Shown here: positions 1-10,189 of the stretch, in pieces
Numbering within the stretch: position 1 is the first letter of the stretch
Layout of the letters: the number at the start of each line of letters is the position of its first letter
Assembly: GCA_023231445.1 (NCBI GenBank)
Contig: JALNVF010000002.1
Coordinates: forward strand, 481-64,480
Reading direction: 5' to 3'
Source of the DNA: Treponema sp.
Lineage (GTDB): Bacteria; Spirochaetota; Spirochaetia; Treponematales; Treponemataceae
Length of the DNA stretch: 64,000 nt
Translations under genes and position numbers: made by a program
Notes under the pieces: model-generated
What the model saw: the letters and a program-made list of their open reading frames with translations, nothing else
What the model was told of the DNA's origin: nothing
The model's database searches: none

Positions 1-881
1 ATGACAGAACATCCTTTTATTTCTGAGAGTTTTTTAAGAAAATCGTGTGTATACTTCTGCTGCTGAATAGCTCGTTCTGCAGCCTGAATATTTTTTTTGT
101 TTATATAATACCGCTCGAGACATTTTGAAAAGGCAAGTGCTCCATAAATGTTTTCCGTACCGCTCCGTATATTTTTTTCCTGCCCGCCTCCCCGCAGAAA
201 CGGTTCAACGGGGTCTGAAAGGTACAAAAGACCTGCTCCCCGGGGACCGCATATTTTATGTGCACTAAAAGCAGCGCTGTCTATTCCTGCATACGAAAGA
301 TCCAGCGGTATTTTTCCTGCTGCCTGTACACTGTCGACGTGCAGTTTTGCACGTCTTTTACCTTTAGCAGCATGTGTAAGGGCATCCGCTATTTCGTATA
401 CCGGCTGAATAGCACCTGTTTCATTATTTACTGCCATAACACAAACAAGTACAGTATCGTCTGTCAGTTTTGAGATAACTGCGTCTGCTGTAATTATTCC
501 TGCCTCGTTTGAGGGGATAATTGCTACTTTCCATCCGCATTTTTTGAGTTCCTCTGCCTCGTTTCGTATAGCAGGATGTTCAAGCGAACTGATAAGGACA
601 GTACCTTTTTGTGGTCTGTTGAGTACAGAAAGCAGTGGAATATGGTCGCTTTCTGTACCTCCGGACGTAAAAAAAAGCTTATCAGACGAAACTTCCAGTA
701 CGTCCGCACACCGCTTTCTGACAGATTCAAGGAGTCCGCGAGCTTCTTTGCCTGTCGTATGGATACTGGATGCATTTCCCCATACAGCGAGTGTTGTTTC
801 AAGAGACGAGCGGAGAATATCTTCATCGGCGGGACTTGTTGCTGCCCAGTCAAAATAGTGTTTAATATTTTTCTGATACAT
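1..881 (-). CDS. iscS: Cysteine desulfurase, group I NifS/IscS family (3' end truncated by window edge)
   Basis: Not in the ORF track; translated by hand from ATG at 881: MYQKNIKHYFDWAATSP...FTSGGTESD...EHPAI...AVNNETG...HVDSVQ...SAHKICGPRG...GGGQE...RSGTEN. PLP lysine in SAHK. The frame stays open to base 1. Confidence 0.93.
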   Translation of the reverse strand, partial: MYQKNIKHYFDWAATSPADEDILRSSLETTLAVWGNASSIHTTGKEARGLLESVRKRCADVLEVSSDKLFFTSGGTESDHIPLLSVLNRPQKGTVLISSLEHPAIRNEAEELKKCGWKVAIIPSNEAGIITADAVISKLTDDTVLVCVMAVNNETGAIQPVYEIADALTHAAKGKRRAKLHVDSVQAAGKIPLDLSYAGIDSAAFSAHKICGPRGAGLLYLSDPVEPFLRGGGQEKNIRSGTENIYGALAFSKCLERYYINKKNIQAAERAIQQQKYTHDFLKKLSEIKGCSV

Positions 882-883
882 GA

Positions 884-2002
884 TTACTTCAAAACGGTGA
901 GTATTTTATCATCACTGATTTCCTGAATAAGCGTTTCTGTAAGTCCTTTCTGCAGAATTAGTTTTATGGTGTTTCCTGAGTTTTTCTTATCTTTATGCAT
1001 GTTTGCAAGAAGTCTGTCGCCGACTCCGCCGCCTTTTACGATTTTTGGAAACGGGCTTGTCTCCCATCCGTAAGACTCCAGAACAGAAAGAACTTCGTCT
1101 CTGTACGCTGCATTACACAGATCAAGGTTATTACTCAGCATGATTGCACGTCCTATACCCCATGCTACAGCATCTCCATGTGTAATATTTCCCAGTCCTA
1201 CAAGAGATTCAAGCGCATGTCCGAATGTGTGACCGAAATTCAGAAAAGCCCGTTTATCTTTTTCCATAAGGTCCTGTTCGACAACTTCTGATTTTACTTT
1301 TATGCAGTGCCGGATAAGTGTTTCATTTATGCTTTTGTCGCGTTTTTTTATTTTTTCACTGTTATCTCTGAAAAGTTCATATAATTTTTTATCATATAAA
1401 AGTGCCGTTTTGAATGCTTCCGCAAGTCCTGAACGGTACTGATCGTCTGAGAGGGATTGTATAAATTCAGGGAAAATATGCAGCGATTGTGCAGGAAAGA
1501 ATGTGCCGATCATGTTTTTATAATTATCGAAATCACACCCAGTCTTTCCTCCTATGGCAGCATCAACCATCGCAAGCAGTGTTGTCGGAACGAATTCCAC
1601 CGCCGCTCCGCGTTTGAATAATGATGCAGCGAAACCTGTGATATCACAGATAACCCCCCCCCCGATACCAATAAATTTGTCCTTACGTGTATAATCCGCT
1701 TCAAGTGCTGCTTTTATGATAGTTAGAACACTTTCGATCGTTTTATACGGTTCTCCGGAACCGAGAATAAGAATGTTATCTTCGTTACATTTTCCGTCAT
1801 CAAATTTTTCGATGAACGGCAGAACGACCGGTAAGGTGGCTACCGTAGCGTCTGTAACAAAAAAACGGCGGTGACCGTCTTCGTGAGTCACACCCGGATG
1901 CAATTCGGAAATAAGGTCGAGTCTGCCGGAATTAAACATAACACGTGTCGAATCAGTACCGGGATGAACCGGAGAATATTTTATATTGAACTCATTTTCC
2001 AT
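884..2002 (-). CDS. aroB: 3-dehydroquinate synthase
   Basis: GGGVICDITGF, PTTLLAMVDAAIGGKTG, NFGHTFGHALE and HGDAVAWG motifs. Confidence 0.95.
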   Translation of the reverse strand: MENEFNIKYSPVHPGTDSTRVMFNSGRLDLISELHPGVTHEDGHRRFFVTDATVATLPVVLPFIEKFDDGKCNEDNILILGSGEPYKTIESVLTIIKAALEADYTRKDKFIGIGGGVICDITGFAASLFKRGAAVEFVPTTLLAMVDAAIGGKTGCDFDNYKNMIGTFFPAQSLHIFPEFIQSLSDDQYRSGLAEAFKTALLYDKKLYELFRDNSEKIKKRDKSINETLIRHCIKVKSEVVEQDLMEKDKRAFLNFGHTFGHALESLVGLGNITHGDAVAWGIGRAIMLSNNLDLCNAAYRDEVLSVLESYGWETSPFPKIVKGGGVGDRLLANMHKDKKNSGNTIKLILQKGLTETLIQEISDDKILTVLK

Positions 2003-2014
2003 AATATGGATATT

Positions 2015-2644
2015 TTAGTAGTTTTTTGTATTCATTGCAAGGAAATCATTTCGAACTTTTGTTACCCGTGCGATTTCACGGTTAAGCATTTTTCCATAAT
2101 CAAGATTTCCTGTTTTTATTCGCTCCCTTTCATCTTCCCAGCTCTGTTGATCAGTGATAAACAGAAAATCAAACGATGACGCATTTGCTTTTTCAGCCCA
2201 AAGCTGGGCTTCCTGCCAGTAGTACAAACCTGCCTGATAGCATGAAAGGGTTTTATTGAGATCGTTTACGTATTCGTCTTTCCACGGTGCGTCGTAAAAA
2301 TGAGCGACCTGTTTGTCGTATGTTCTGCCCAGACGAAGATGCTGTTCAATCAGTTTCAGATTGATATGCATCTGGAAAAGATAGCGGTATTTTTCCCATT
2401 GTTTTTCAGTATCAATTTTTGCATCAGCATAAAGCGGATTGCAGAAATCAGCTTGTGCTGCCTTTTCGAGCCAATAGATATTTTCGATGCAGTCATCAGG
2501 ATACTGCTGATAATGGACATGGTAGAGACGATAGAAATCCTCTTTATATTTTACCATGTATGCATCGGCCGGTATTGTACAGACCGACTGGAGAACAAAT
2601 GCGAAAATAAGTATATATATACTATGCTGCACTGATTTTTTCAC
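2015..2644 (-). CDS. Hypothetical exported, mainly helical protein
   Basis: 209-aa ORF with a signal-peptide-like N-terminus; overlaps the tmk stop by 4 nt, suggesting one operon. Confidence 0.8.
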   Translation of the reverse strand: MKKSVQHSIYILIFAFVLQSVCTIPADAYMVKYKEDFYRLYHVHYQQYPDDCIENIYWLEKAAQADFCNPLYADAKIDTEKQWEKYRYLFQMHINLKLIEQHLRLGRTYDKQVAHFYDAPWKDEYVNDLNKTLSCYQAGLYYWQEAQLWAEKANASSFDFLFITDQQSWEDERERIKTGNLDYGKMLNREIARVTKVRNDFLAMNTKNY

Positions 2645-3270
2645 GACTTCAATATCGACATATTTTTCAGGTAACTCCAGATAATTTCAGCTGTTTCTTC
2701 TATAGGTTTTGCTGCATCAAGTGTAATAAGTTTCATTGTTTCTGCGGAAGGAGTTCCGTTGTATTGCTGCATGATTTTGTCATACAGTATTGCCGCTTTT
2801 TGTTGAAAGTCGACTTTTTCGTAGATTTCTGTCTTTTCTCCGCGCGAAATCACACGCCCGAAAGAAACTTCGGGATTTATGCGGAAGTAGAAAAGCAGTT
2901 CCGGCAGCGGAAATAGACTGTTAAGCATACGGGGAAGTTCGTTACCGCACGAGACAGACTGATAAGCGAGTGTCGAAAAAAAATATCTGTCACTTACTAC
3001 GAGCCTGCCTGCGTTCAGATTTTCGACAATGCCTCCAGTCCCGAATACATGTTCGCATCTGTCTGCGCCAAACAGATATGCAGCAGTTTTTTCATCGACA
3101 GAGAATTCCCCCCTGAGCATCCGCCGCAGGAAGATACCAGTCGGGAGATCTGTAGGTTCTGAGGTAATAAAAAGTCTGCTGCTGCTGACTTTTTCAGCAA
3201 GCTTTTTTAATTGAGTAGAGGTTCCGGCTCCATCAATGCCTTCAAATACAATAAAATTGTGCAATACCAT
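2641..3270 (-). CDS. tmk: Thymidylate (dTMP) kinase with variant P-loop
   Basis: FIVFEGIDGAGTSTQ, TSEPT, DR..H, VSDRYFFSTLAYQ and PELLFYF motifs. Confidence 0.9.
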   Translation of the reverse strand: MVLHNFIVFEGIDGAGTSTQLKKLAEKVSSSRLFITSEPTDLPTGIFLRRMLRGEFSVDEKTAAYLFGADRCEHVFGTGGIVENLNAGRLVVSDRYFFSTLAYQSVSCGNELPRMLNSLFPLPELLFYFRINPEVSFGRVISRGEKTEIYEKVDFQQKAAILYDKIMQQYNGTPSAETMKLITLDAAKPIEETAEIIWSYLKNMSILKS

Positions 3271-3297
3271 AGAATATACCTGTAATTATGCCGATAT
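3270..3297 (+). promoter_or_regulatory. Candidate sigma28 (FliA)-type promoter upstream of tamB
   Basis: TAGA(3270-3273)-N16-GCCGATAT(3290-3297), compared with the consensus TAAA-N15/16-GCCGATAA. Confidence 0.4.
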
Positions 3298-3321
3298 TCT
3301 GATAAGATAGACTTCGCGAAT

Positions 3322-6300
3322 ATGAATAAAAGGTCAGTCGTAAGCAGTATATACATCATGATATTTCTCTTGTTCCTCTTTATATCACTGCTGAGCGTCA
3401 GTCCTGTGTACAAGTCTCTTACAGAACTGATTTCCGTCCGCGTGAATGCAATTCGTACTGAACTTGAGAATAAAACCGGTCTTACTTTTTCCTATTCATC
3501 GATGTCACCGTCTATTTTAACAGTATTCAGCATAAAAGGTATAGTCCTGAAATCTGCGGACGATCAGTCTGATATTATAAAAATCCGTAAAGTCGTTCTC
3601 CGGTACAGTCTTGCCCGGTTGCTGAAGGGAGATATGCAGCATGTATTAACAAGTCTTACAATCGATGGAATCAGTCTTGACTACAACGATGATTCTGACA
3701 GAGTGATTGTGGAGAAACTTGCAGAGATGATGCATAAGAAGGCTGCCATTACAACATCCGATATGATGAATATCTCGGTTGAAATCCCTGTCGACATTAT
3801 TATCAAGAATATTTCAGTTCATTACGGTGGAGACGGAACTGATGTTACCATTAAATTAAGAAAAGTTTCTGCAAAATATGATCATATCGATGAAACTCTT
3901 GAACTATATGCAGCTGGAAGTGCAAAATGTCTGTTCGGACAGATGAAAGGAACTCCTCTGTTCGGGAGATTTTCTATTGAGGGCAGCATTAAAAATGGTT
4001 TCGAAGGCAGTTCTCTTCTGGCCCGTTTTGCCAATATGACTGGCGGCGATTTTTCTTTTGGAAAGCTTAATTTTCTTTTTTCATACAACAACCGCTGCAT
4101 ATCGATGAGAACAATTCAAAATTCATATCCCCTTATGCTTCTGTGTTCATACAGTATTGATTCCGGCCTTGTTGACTGTACGTTCCGTTCAACGAAACTT
4201 TCCCCGTCAACCTTTATATCAACAGCCGGTATGCGTAGAAAATTCCTGCCGAAGCTGGCTTCAGTCAATCTTACGGTAAATGTACATGCAGTTTATAACA
4301 CAAAAACATCAGATTTTGAATATTCATCAAACGGTACTGCATATCTGGCTGATACACTTGTCCCCGGAGCCCTGAAAGTTTTATTTAAACTTTCAGGAGA
4401 CAAACAGAATGTACATGTTTCCAATCTTTCACTCACAGGGAAGAACTGCGACGTAGATATGTCCTTATCGTATGAATTCGAGGGGATGCGTTTATCCGGA
4501 ACAGCAGATGTCCACCGTGTTGCTCTTTCTAACGGATGTGTAATAACAACCGAGCTTTTTTTTGATCCGCTTAATCGTGGTTTTCAGTGTTTCTCACCAC
4601 AGGTATTTATTAATGATAAAGCTTTTACTGCATTGCAGCTTACTGTTATTCCACACAACGAATCGATTGATTATCGGTTTGAAGTATCAGATTATTCGCA
4701 TACAGAAGCTGAAAATCCAGGAACAATTCAAATAGACGGAAGTTATTTAGTAAAGACAAAATATGTTCAGGCCGGTGTGTACGTTTCAAATATATATCTG
4801 GACAGTATTGCAGAGGTTGTTTCTTTTTTTACTCCGGAAAAAGTGTCCCATACATTTCTGTCTGCTGCTTCAGGGGTGAAACCGTATTTGTTTTCAGGCG
4901 AATTTTATTTATCGTCTGACATGAAATCGATTTCCTACAACATTCCGTATGCAATCGTTGCAAATACAAAAAAAGATAATCAGTTTTTACTTATGTCACT
5001 CGATGGTAATGAGTTATCGCTTCAGATAACGCAGTTTGATTTTATTTACGGTAAAAATACCGTACATGCATCAGCGGAAGTTGACAAGTCACCTGATTTG
5101 GAGGGGTATTTTGTAACCCTTGATGTGAATGCAGGGGCTGTCCCGTATCATTTTACAGCGAATATCATGGATAATTTCGTATCCGTTACAGGTGATTACG
5201 GAACATCTGTGCAGATACAAAGATTGAACGACGGCAGCTTTGATGGGACTTTGTTGTGTAATAATTTCCCTGTAAGTTCAGCAGGTACTATTTTTATGAT
5301 GTCTGCAGAATCCGGATTTTCATATACGTCGAATGACGGATTTACGATGAATGTTTCACGTTTTGAGGCCGAAGAAGCCGGTTCAAAATTTTCTTTTGCA
5401 CCGAAAATTCAGCTTGCAGGTAAAATTACCAGATATGGAGCTTTTTTTGAATCTGTCTCATATTCAGACATTTATTCGGCATTAAACGGAAATGCACAAC
5501 TTATTATTAATATGAATGATAATTTGTTCAGTTCAGCCCATTTTAACCTTTTACTTAAGAATCCGCTGTCAAATGAGCAGATTACTGCATCGGCCGATGT
5601 CAATAATCCCGATTCATTGCCATTATCCCAGGATACTATTAAAAATAATCTTTATTTCAATGCTCAACTTTCCTGTAAGGATTTCGGACTGAATAGATTC
5701 GTTGTAGAGCAGAGCGATAACAACTCTCTTTCTGCATCTTTAACTGCGACAGGTACACTTGATAAACCTTATGTTGCTCTTACTGTTGATTCTGCCGGAA
5801 TAATGGTCGGCGGGATTCAGTTTTCTGCCGGTGGTAACGCCTCTCTTGTCGAACATGCACTTACGATCGATACGATGCACTTAAAATACGGGTCTGTAGA
5901 AATTAATAATATTAAGTCAGATATGTCACTGGAAACATTTGAAGGAACAGCGTCTGCGGAGCTTGATGCAGATACAGGAAGTAAAACTTTTCTAATGCCC
6001 TTGAATTTGACAGTTTCGGACACGATGTTAAAAAAAGACAGCCTTGTTCCTGAATCGTTTGTAGCAACTATTTCTTCTCCGGGGGCGACGGGAACTCTGT
6101 TAAAAAAATCGTTTCCTTTTTCTCTTACTCTGCTTCGTGGGAACGGACGTACATCTTTGTTTTCATCGGAGAATCTTGGTTTTTCGGGATATATAAGCAG
6201 TAAAGGCGAATTGAATTTTACGGTTTCGGAGGATAAACCGTTTCATTGTAATATCGTCGGCAGACGCGAAAAAAAACAGCTTGATGTCAATATATCCGGA

Positions 6301-7713
6301 ATATATGCAGATTTAGGTGAGTTGCTGTCATATTTTCCTGATGATTATTTCAAAATGTACAGTGGTATTCTCAATGGTGCGGTAAAAATCAGCGGGCTAC
6401 AGACTGATCCGGAATTTACAGGGGCACTTTCGATAATGAAACCTGATTTCAGCCTTCCTAAGATTATTCCATCGCATATTACAACTGACAAGATACTTAT
6501 TACCATGCTTCATAATGAAATATTGATACCCGAAGTAGCTCTTAAAGATCATAACGAGAATGTATTTGCCAAGGTAAAGATTTATTTTGACAGATGGTTA
6601 TTCGACAGATTGGAGGGGTCTGTAAAGACCGTACAGGGGCATGTAGCAGCAGCGGATCTTGATGCTGAAGTAGCCGAGTTTAAAGGTTTTACTGCCGTTG
6701 ATTTAGGTCTTGTTTTTCAAAATAATATTCTTGATATAACGGGAAATGTATATGTAGAGAATGTGAAGGCAACTATACGTGCATCTGAAATTGCATCCGC
6801 ATTGAATGATAAACTCGATAACAGTACACCGTTCTATATTAGAACAAATCTTGATATTACGACAGGACCCCACGTGAATATTGTGCTTGATCCGCTGCTT
6901 CGGTGTGTGCTTGTTCCGAATACTTCAGTGAATCTGACAATGGATCAGTCAGAAAATACGTATGCAATGAAGGGCGATATTGGCTTGAAATCGGGTGACG
7001 TTGCATATTTGAACAGAAATTTTTATATAAAACAGGGAATTCTGAAATTTAACGACACTGACGGACGCATTAATCCCCGGATAACAGTACAGGCTGAGAC
7101 TCGTGAACGCGATGAAAATGGAGAAGAACTCCGTATCATTCTTTCTGCAGAAAATCAGTATTTGTCTGATTTTAATCCGCAGGTTACATCGATACCGGCT
7201 AAGTCGGAAACGGAAATACGCGAGCTGCTCGGGTTGATGGCAGTCGGTGATTCAACAAATGTAAGCAGTCTGTTATTTGCAGCAAGTGATTATGCCGTCC
7301 AGTCTACAATCGGTCGTGCTGTCGAGAATAAGTTGCGTGATTTGCTGAATTTTGATATATTTTCAGTACGTACAATGGTTTTGCAGAACACGTTGAAAAT
7401 GGGATTTGCAGGCACCCTTACTCCTTCAAAGATGGCAGCCGGTAACTTTCTTGACAATTCAACTGTTTATATTGGTAAATACTTCGGAAGTGCAGTGTAT
7501 GTCGATGCGCTTATGCATCTGTCATATGATGAGACAAGAGTTGACGATAATACTACAGCGCAGGGGCTTACGTTTCAGCCTGAATTCGGTCTGGAACTGG
7601 AATCTCCTTTTGCTAATATACGTTGGAATCTAGCTCCTAATATTGATGCAATGCTGAATAATGAGATAGTTACGTCGACGTCTCTGACACTTTCATGGAA
7701 ATTTTCATTCTAG
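3322..7713 (+). CDS. tamB: TamB/AsmA-like translocation and assembly module protein
   Basis: 1463 aa with an N-terminal membrane anchor, a long beta-rich body and a DUF490-like C-terminus (YLNRNFYIKQG...NPRITVQAE), ending WKFSF; directly upstream of bamA. Confidence 0.85.
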   Translation: MNKRSVVSSIYIMIFLLFLFISLLSVSPVYKSLTELISVRVNAIRTELENKTGLTFSYSSMSPSILTVFSIKGIVLKSADDQSDIIKIRKVVLRYSLARLLKGDMQHVLTSLTIDGISLDYNDDSDRVIVEKLAEMMHKKAAITTSDMMNISVEIPVDIIIKNISVHYGGDGTDVTIKLRKVSAKYDHIDETLELYAAGSAKCLFGQMKGTPLFGRFSIEGSIKNGFEGSSLLARFANMTGGDFSFGKLNFLFSYNNRCISMRTIQNSYPLMLLCSYSIDSGLVDCTFRSTKLSPSTFISTAGMRRKFLPKLASVNLTVNVHAVYNTKTSDFEYSSNGTAYLADTLVPGALKVLFKLSGDKQNVHVSNLSLTGKNCDVDMSLSYEFEGMRLSGTADVHRVALSNGCVITTELFFDPLNRGFQCFSPQVFINDKAFTALQLTVIPHNESIDYRFEVSDYSHTEAENPGTIQIDGSYLVKTKYVQAGVYVSNIYLDSIAEVVSFFTPEKVSHTFLSAASGVKPYLFSGEFYLSSDMKSISYNIPYAIVANTKKDNQFLLMSLDGNELSLQITQFDFIYGKNTVHASAEVDKSPDLEGYFVTLDVNAGAVPYHFTANIMDNFVSVTGDYGTSVQIQRLNDGSFDGTLLCNNFPVSSAGTIFMMSAESGFSYTSNDGFTMNVSRFEAEEAGSKFSFAPKIQLAGKITRYGAFFESVSYSDIYSALNGNAQLIINMNDNLFSSAHFNLLLKNPLSNEQITASADVNNPDSLPLSQDTIKNNLYFNAQLSCKDFGLNRFVVEQSDNNSLSASLTATGTLDKPYVALTVDSAGIMVGGIQFSAGGNASLVEHALTIDTMHLKYGSVEINNIKSDMSLETFEGTASAELDADTGSKTFLMPLNLTVSDTMLKKDSLVPESFVATISSPGATGTLLKKSFPFSLTLLRGNGRTSLFSSENLGFSGYISSKGELNFTVSEDKPFHCNIVGRREKKQLDVNISGIYADLGELLSYFPDDYFKMYSGILNGAVKISGLQTDPEFTGALSIMKPDFSLPKIIPSHITTDKILITMLHNEILIPEVALKDHNENVFAKVKIYFDRWLFDRLEGSVKTVQGHVAAADLDAEVAEFKGFTAVDLGLVFQNNILDITGNVYVENVKATIRASEIASALNDKLDNSTPFYIRTNLDITTGPHVNIVLDPLLRCVLVPNTSVNLTMDQSENTYAMKGDIGLKSGDVAYLNRNFYIKQGILKFNDTDGRINPRITVQAETRERDENGEELRIILSAENQYLSDFNPQVTSIPAKSETEIRELLGLMAVGDSTNVSSLLFAASDYAVQSTIGRAVENKLRDLLNFDIFSVRTMVLQNTLKMGFAGTLTPSKMAAGNFLDNSTVYIGKYFGSAVYVDALMHLSYDETRVDDNTTAQGLTFQPEFGLELESPFANIRWNLAPNIDAMLNNEIVTSTSLTLSWKFSF

Positions 7714-7732
7714 ATACGAAATAGGAGAATGT

Positions 7733-10165
7733 ATGTATTCAGTAAACCGCGTTTTTTCCCGATTCCTGCTTCTTACTGCTTTTTTATTTTTTGTCTGTCT
7801 GCCGCTTGCCGCTCAGGACAGTACAACAGAAGATCCGAACTGGTTCTGGGGAAAGACAATTTCAGAAATATCATTTGAAGGGTTGAAGAACGTTAAAAAA
7901 TCCGAACTAACCGGTATTACGAGTGCATTTATCGGAAAACAATTTACCGAGGACGAATACAACAATCTTGTTGACCGTCTTTATGGGCTTGATATGTTTA
8001 CTGACATTACTCCGTATGCAAAGCATGATCCAAAAACTGCGGATGAAATTCTGCTTGTATTCAAGGTAAAAGAACGACCTGTCATCAAGGCAATAAATTT
8101 TGAAGGCAATAAAAAAATCCGGAACGGCGAACTGCGTGAAAGTGTGACCATAAAGACGGACGACATTTATCTCGAGAGCAAGGTTCTGCTTGATGAACGT
8201 GCTCTGCGTGATGTGTATTTGAAGAAAGGATATACAGATGCAAAAATAACTCACAAAACGGAAGAAACTGCTCAGGGTATAAAACTTACATTTGTTGTTG
8301 ATGAAGGTGCAAATACTGTCATAACTTCAATCCGTTTCAGCGGAAATACTGTTGTTTCCGAGCGTACTCTTAAAAGTAAGATTTCTCTCAAGGAAGCCGG
8401 CTTTATGAAGGACGGTGCCTTTCAGAAATCTTCTCTCGAAGCAGATAAGCAGACAATCATAACCTATTATCAGGATCGTGGATATGCCGATGCTAAAGTT
8501 GTCGACGTTATGCAGACTACTAATCTCAATGAGAAAAAGAACAGAAATGAACTTACACTCACGTTTGTTATTCAGGAAGGTGCTCAGTATACATACACCG
8601 GTACTACGATCAAAGGAAATGAAATATTCAAAGCTGATAAACTTATTTCATATATAAAACTAAAGGAAGGGGCTGTCTATAATCAGACGAAATATCAGGA
8701 AGGAATGCAGGGAATTACAAGTTTGTATGCAGAAAACGGTTATATGTCAAACCAGTATATTCCTGAAGTTAAAAAAGATGCAGAACGAAAGACGATTTCT
8801 TTTGCTCTTACGATAATTGAACGTTCACGCAGTCATATTGAGAATATTATTATAAAAGGAAATACGAAAACTAAGGATTATGTGATTCGTCGTGAAATCC
8901 CACTCGAACCAGGCGATGTGTTTTCGCGTGATAAAGTAATGTCCGGATTGCGTAATTTGTATAATCTTCAGTATTTTTCAAGCGTTGTTCCCGAACCTGT
9001 TGCCGGGTCCGAATCGGGACTAGTCGATCTTGTGATTACGGTAGAGGAACAATCGACGACATCTCTTGAATTCGGAATGACGTTTTCCGGTGTATCAAGT
9101 CCTGATGAATTTCCTGTATCTCTTTTTGCAAAATGGCAGAATTCGAACTTGAAAGGTGAGGGGAAAACTGTTTCTGCTAGTACCACGATTTCAAGTACGG
9201 ATCAATCCGTAAGCGGATCGTACGGACAAAACTGGCTGTTTGATCTGCCTGTAGGTATAAGTGAGTCACTTTCCGTTTCACACTCAAAGGATTCTGCATT
9301 ACGTAACGTATGGCTGCCTGACGGGGTTCTTGATAATGATTCATATTACATGCAGTATGAAAATTATTCGGTTACTCTCAGCTCTTCTCTTGGCAGACGA
9401 TGGACTCCGAATTTTGCTATTCTTTCACTGAGTGGCGGTGTTTCCTCAACTTTAAGCAACAATGTTTACGACGAGTCACTGTATACTCCGCTCGATTCAA
9501 GCGTGAATCAGACTGTAAACAGATTCGGGCTTAACAATTCACTCTGGACCAGCTTTTCTATGGATAATCGTGATATTAATTATGATCCATCAAAAGGGTG
9601 GTTTACGAGTCAGCGTATAGCGTGGTGCGGACTTATACCCGGCGTGGAAAAAGAGTTTTTCTTGAGAAGCGATACAAAACTTGAGTTATATGCTACATTA
9701 TTCAATATTCCGTTCGGTGATAAATGGTCTCTAAAAGGCGTACTTGCTGATTACACAGGCTTTACAACTATATTTCCGGTTCCAGGGTCTTTGCTCGGCG
9801 ATTCAAATAAGGTATACATTGACGGTATGTTCAATGCCCGCGGATGGACAAGCATTTACAATTCGACGCGCGGAAAAGCGATGCTCAGCAACAGACTTGA
9901 ATTTCGTGTTCCTCTCGTACCGAATGTCTTAGGGGTGGACGCATTTCTGGATGCTGCGGCTGTTAAGAGTGAGGTTTCTTCGATGTTCAGCAGTTTGTCT
10001 CTGAGTGATTTTTATTACAGTACGGGACCGGGAATCAGATTTCTTCTCCCTCAGTTTCCGCTGCATTTGTTGTTTGCAAACACGTTTAAGTACGACAAAA
10101 CTGACGGATTCTACTGGGTTAACAGCTGGCAGTTTGTTCTATCATTCAATATTACTAATAAATAG
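7733..10165 (+). CDS. bamA: Outer-membrane protein assembly factor BamA
   Basis: Signal peptide, POTRA repeats (ISFEGLKNV, INFEGNKKI, IRFSGNTVV, IIIKGNTKTKDYVIRRE...LYNLQYF), beta-barrel with an ARGW L6 motif. Confidence 0.95.
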   Translation: MYSVNRVFSRFLLLTAFLFFVCLPLAAQDSTTEDPNWFWGKTISEISFEGLKNVKKSELTGITSAFIGKQFTEDEYNNLVDRLYGLDMFTDITPYAKHDPKTADEILLVFKVKERPVIKAINFEGNKKIRNGELRESVTIKTDDIYLESKVLLDERALRDVYLKKGYTDAKITHKTEETAQGIKLTFVVDEGANTVITSIRFSGNTVVSERTLKSKISLKEAGFMKDGAFQKSSLEADKQTIITYYQDRGYADAKVVDVMQTTNLNEKKNRNELTLTFVIQEGAQYTYTGTTIKGNEIFKADKLISYIKLKEGAVYNQTKYQEGMQGITSLYAENGYMSNQYIPEVKKDAERKTISFALTIIERSRSHIENIIIKGNTKTKDYVIRREIPLEPGDVFSRDKVMSGLRNLYNLQYFSSVVPEPVAGSESGLVDLVITVEEQSTTSLEFGMTFSGVSSPDEFPVSLFAKWQNSNLKGEGKTVSASTTISSTDQSVSGSYGQNWLFDLPVGISESLSVSHSKDSALRNVWLPDGVLDNDSYYMQYENYSVTLSSSLGRRWTPNFAILSLSGGVSSTLSNNVYDESLYTPLDSSVNQTVNRFGLNNSLWTSFSMDNRDINYDPSKGWFTSQRIAWCGLIPGVEKEFFLRSDTKLELYATLFNIPFGDKWSLKGVLADYTGFTTIFPVPGSLLGDSNKVYIDGMFNARGWTSIYNSTRGKAMLSNRLEFRVPLVPNVLGVDAFLDAAAVKSEVSSMFSSLSLSDFYYSTGPGIRFLLPQFPLHLLFANTFKYDKTDGFYWVNSWQFVLSFNITNK

Positions 10166-10189
10166 TGTTTTGTAGGAAGGTTTGGAAAA

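Noticed and set aside
524-926. Track ORFs 524-853, 544-858 and 576-926
   Set aside because: Shadow frames of the cysteine desulfurase gene (881 to <1, minus strand), which the track missed because it runs off the window.
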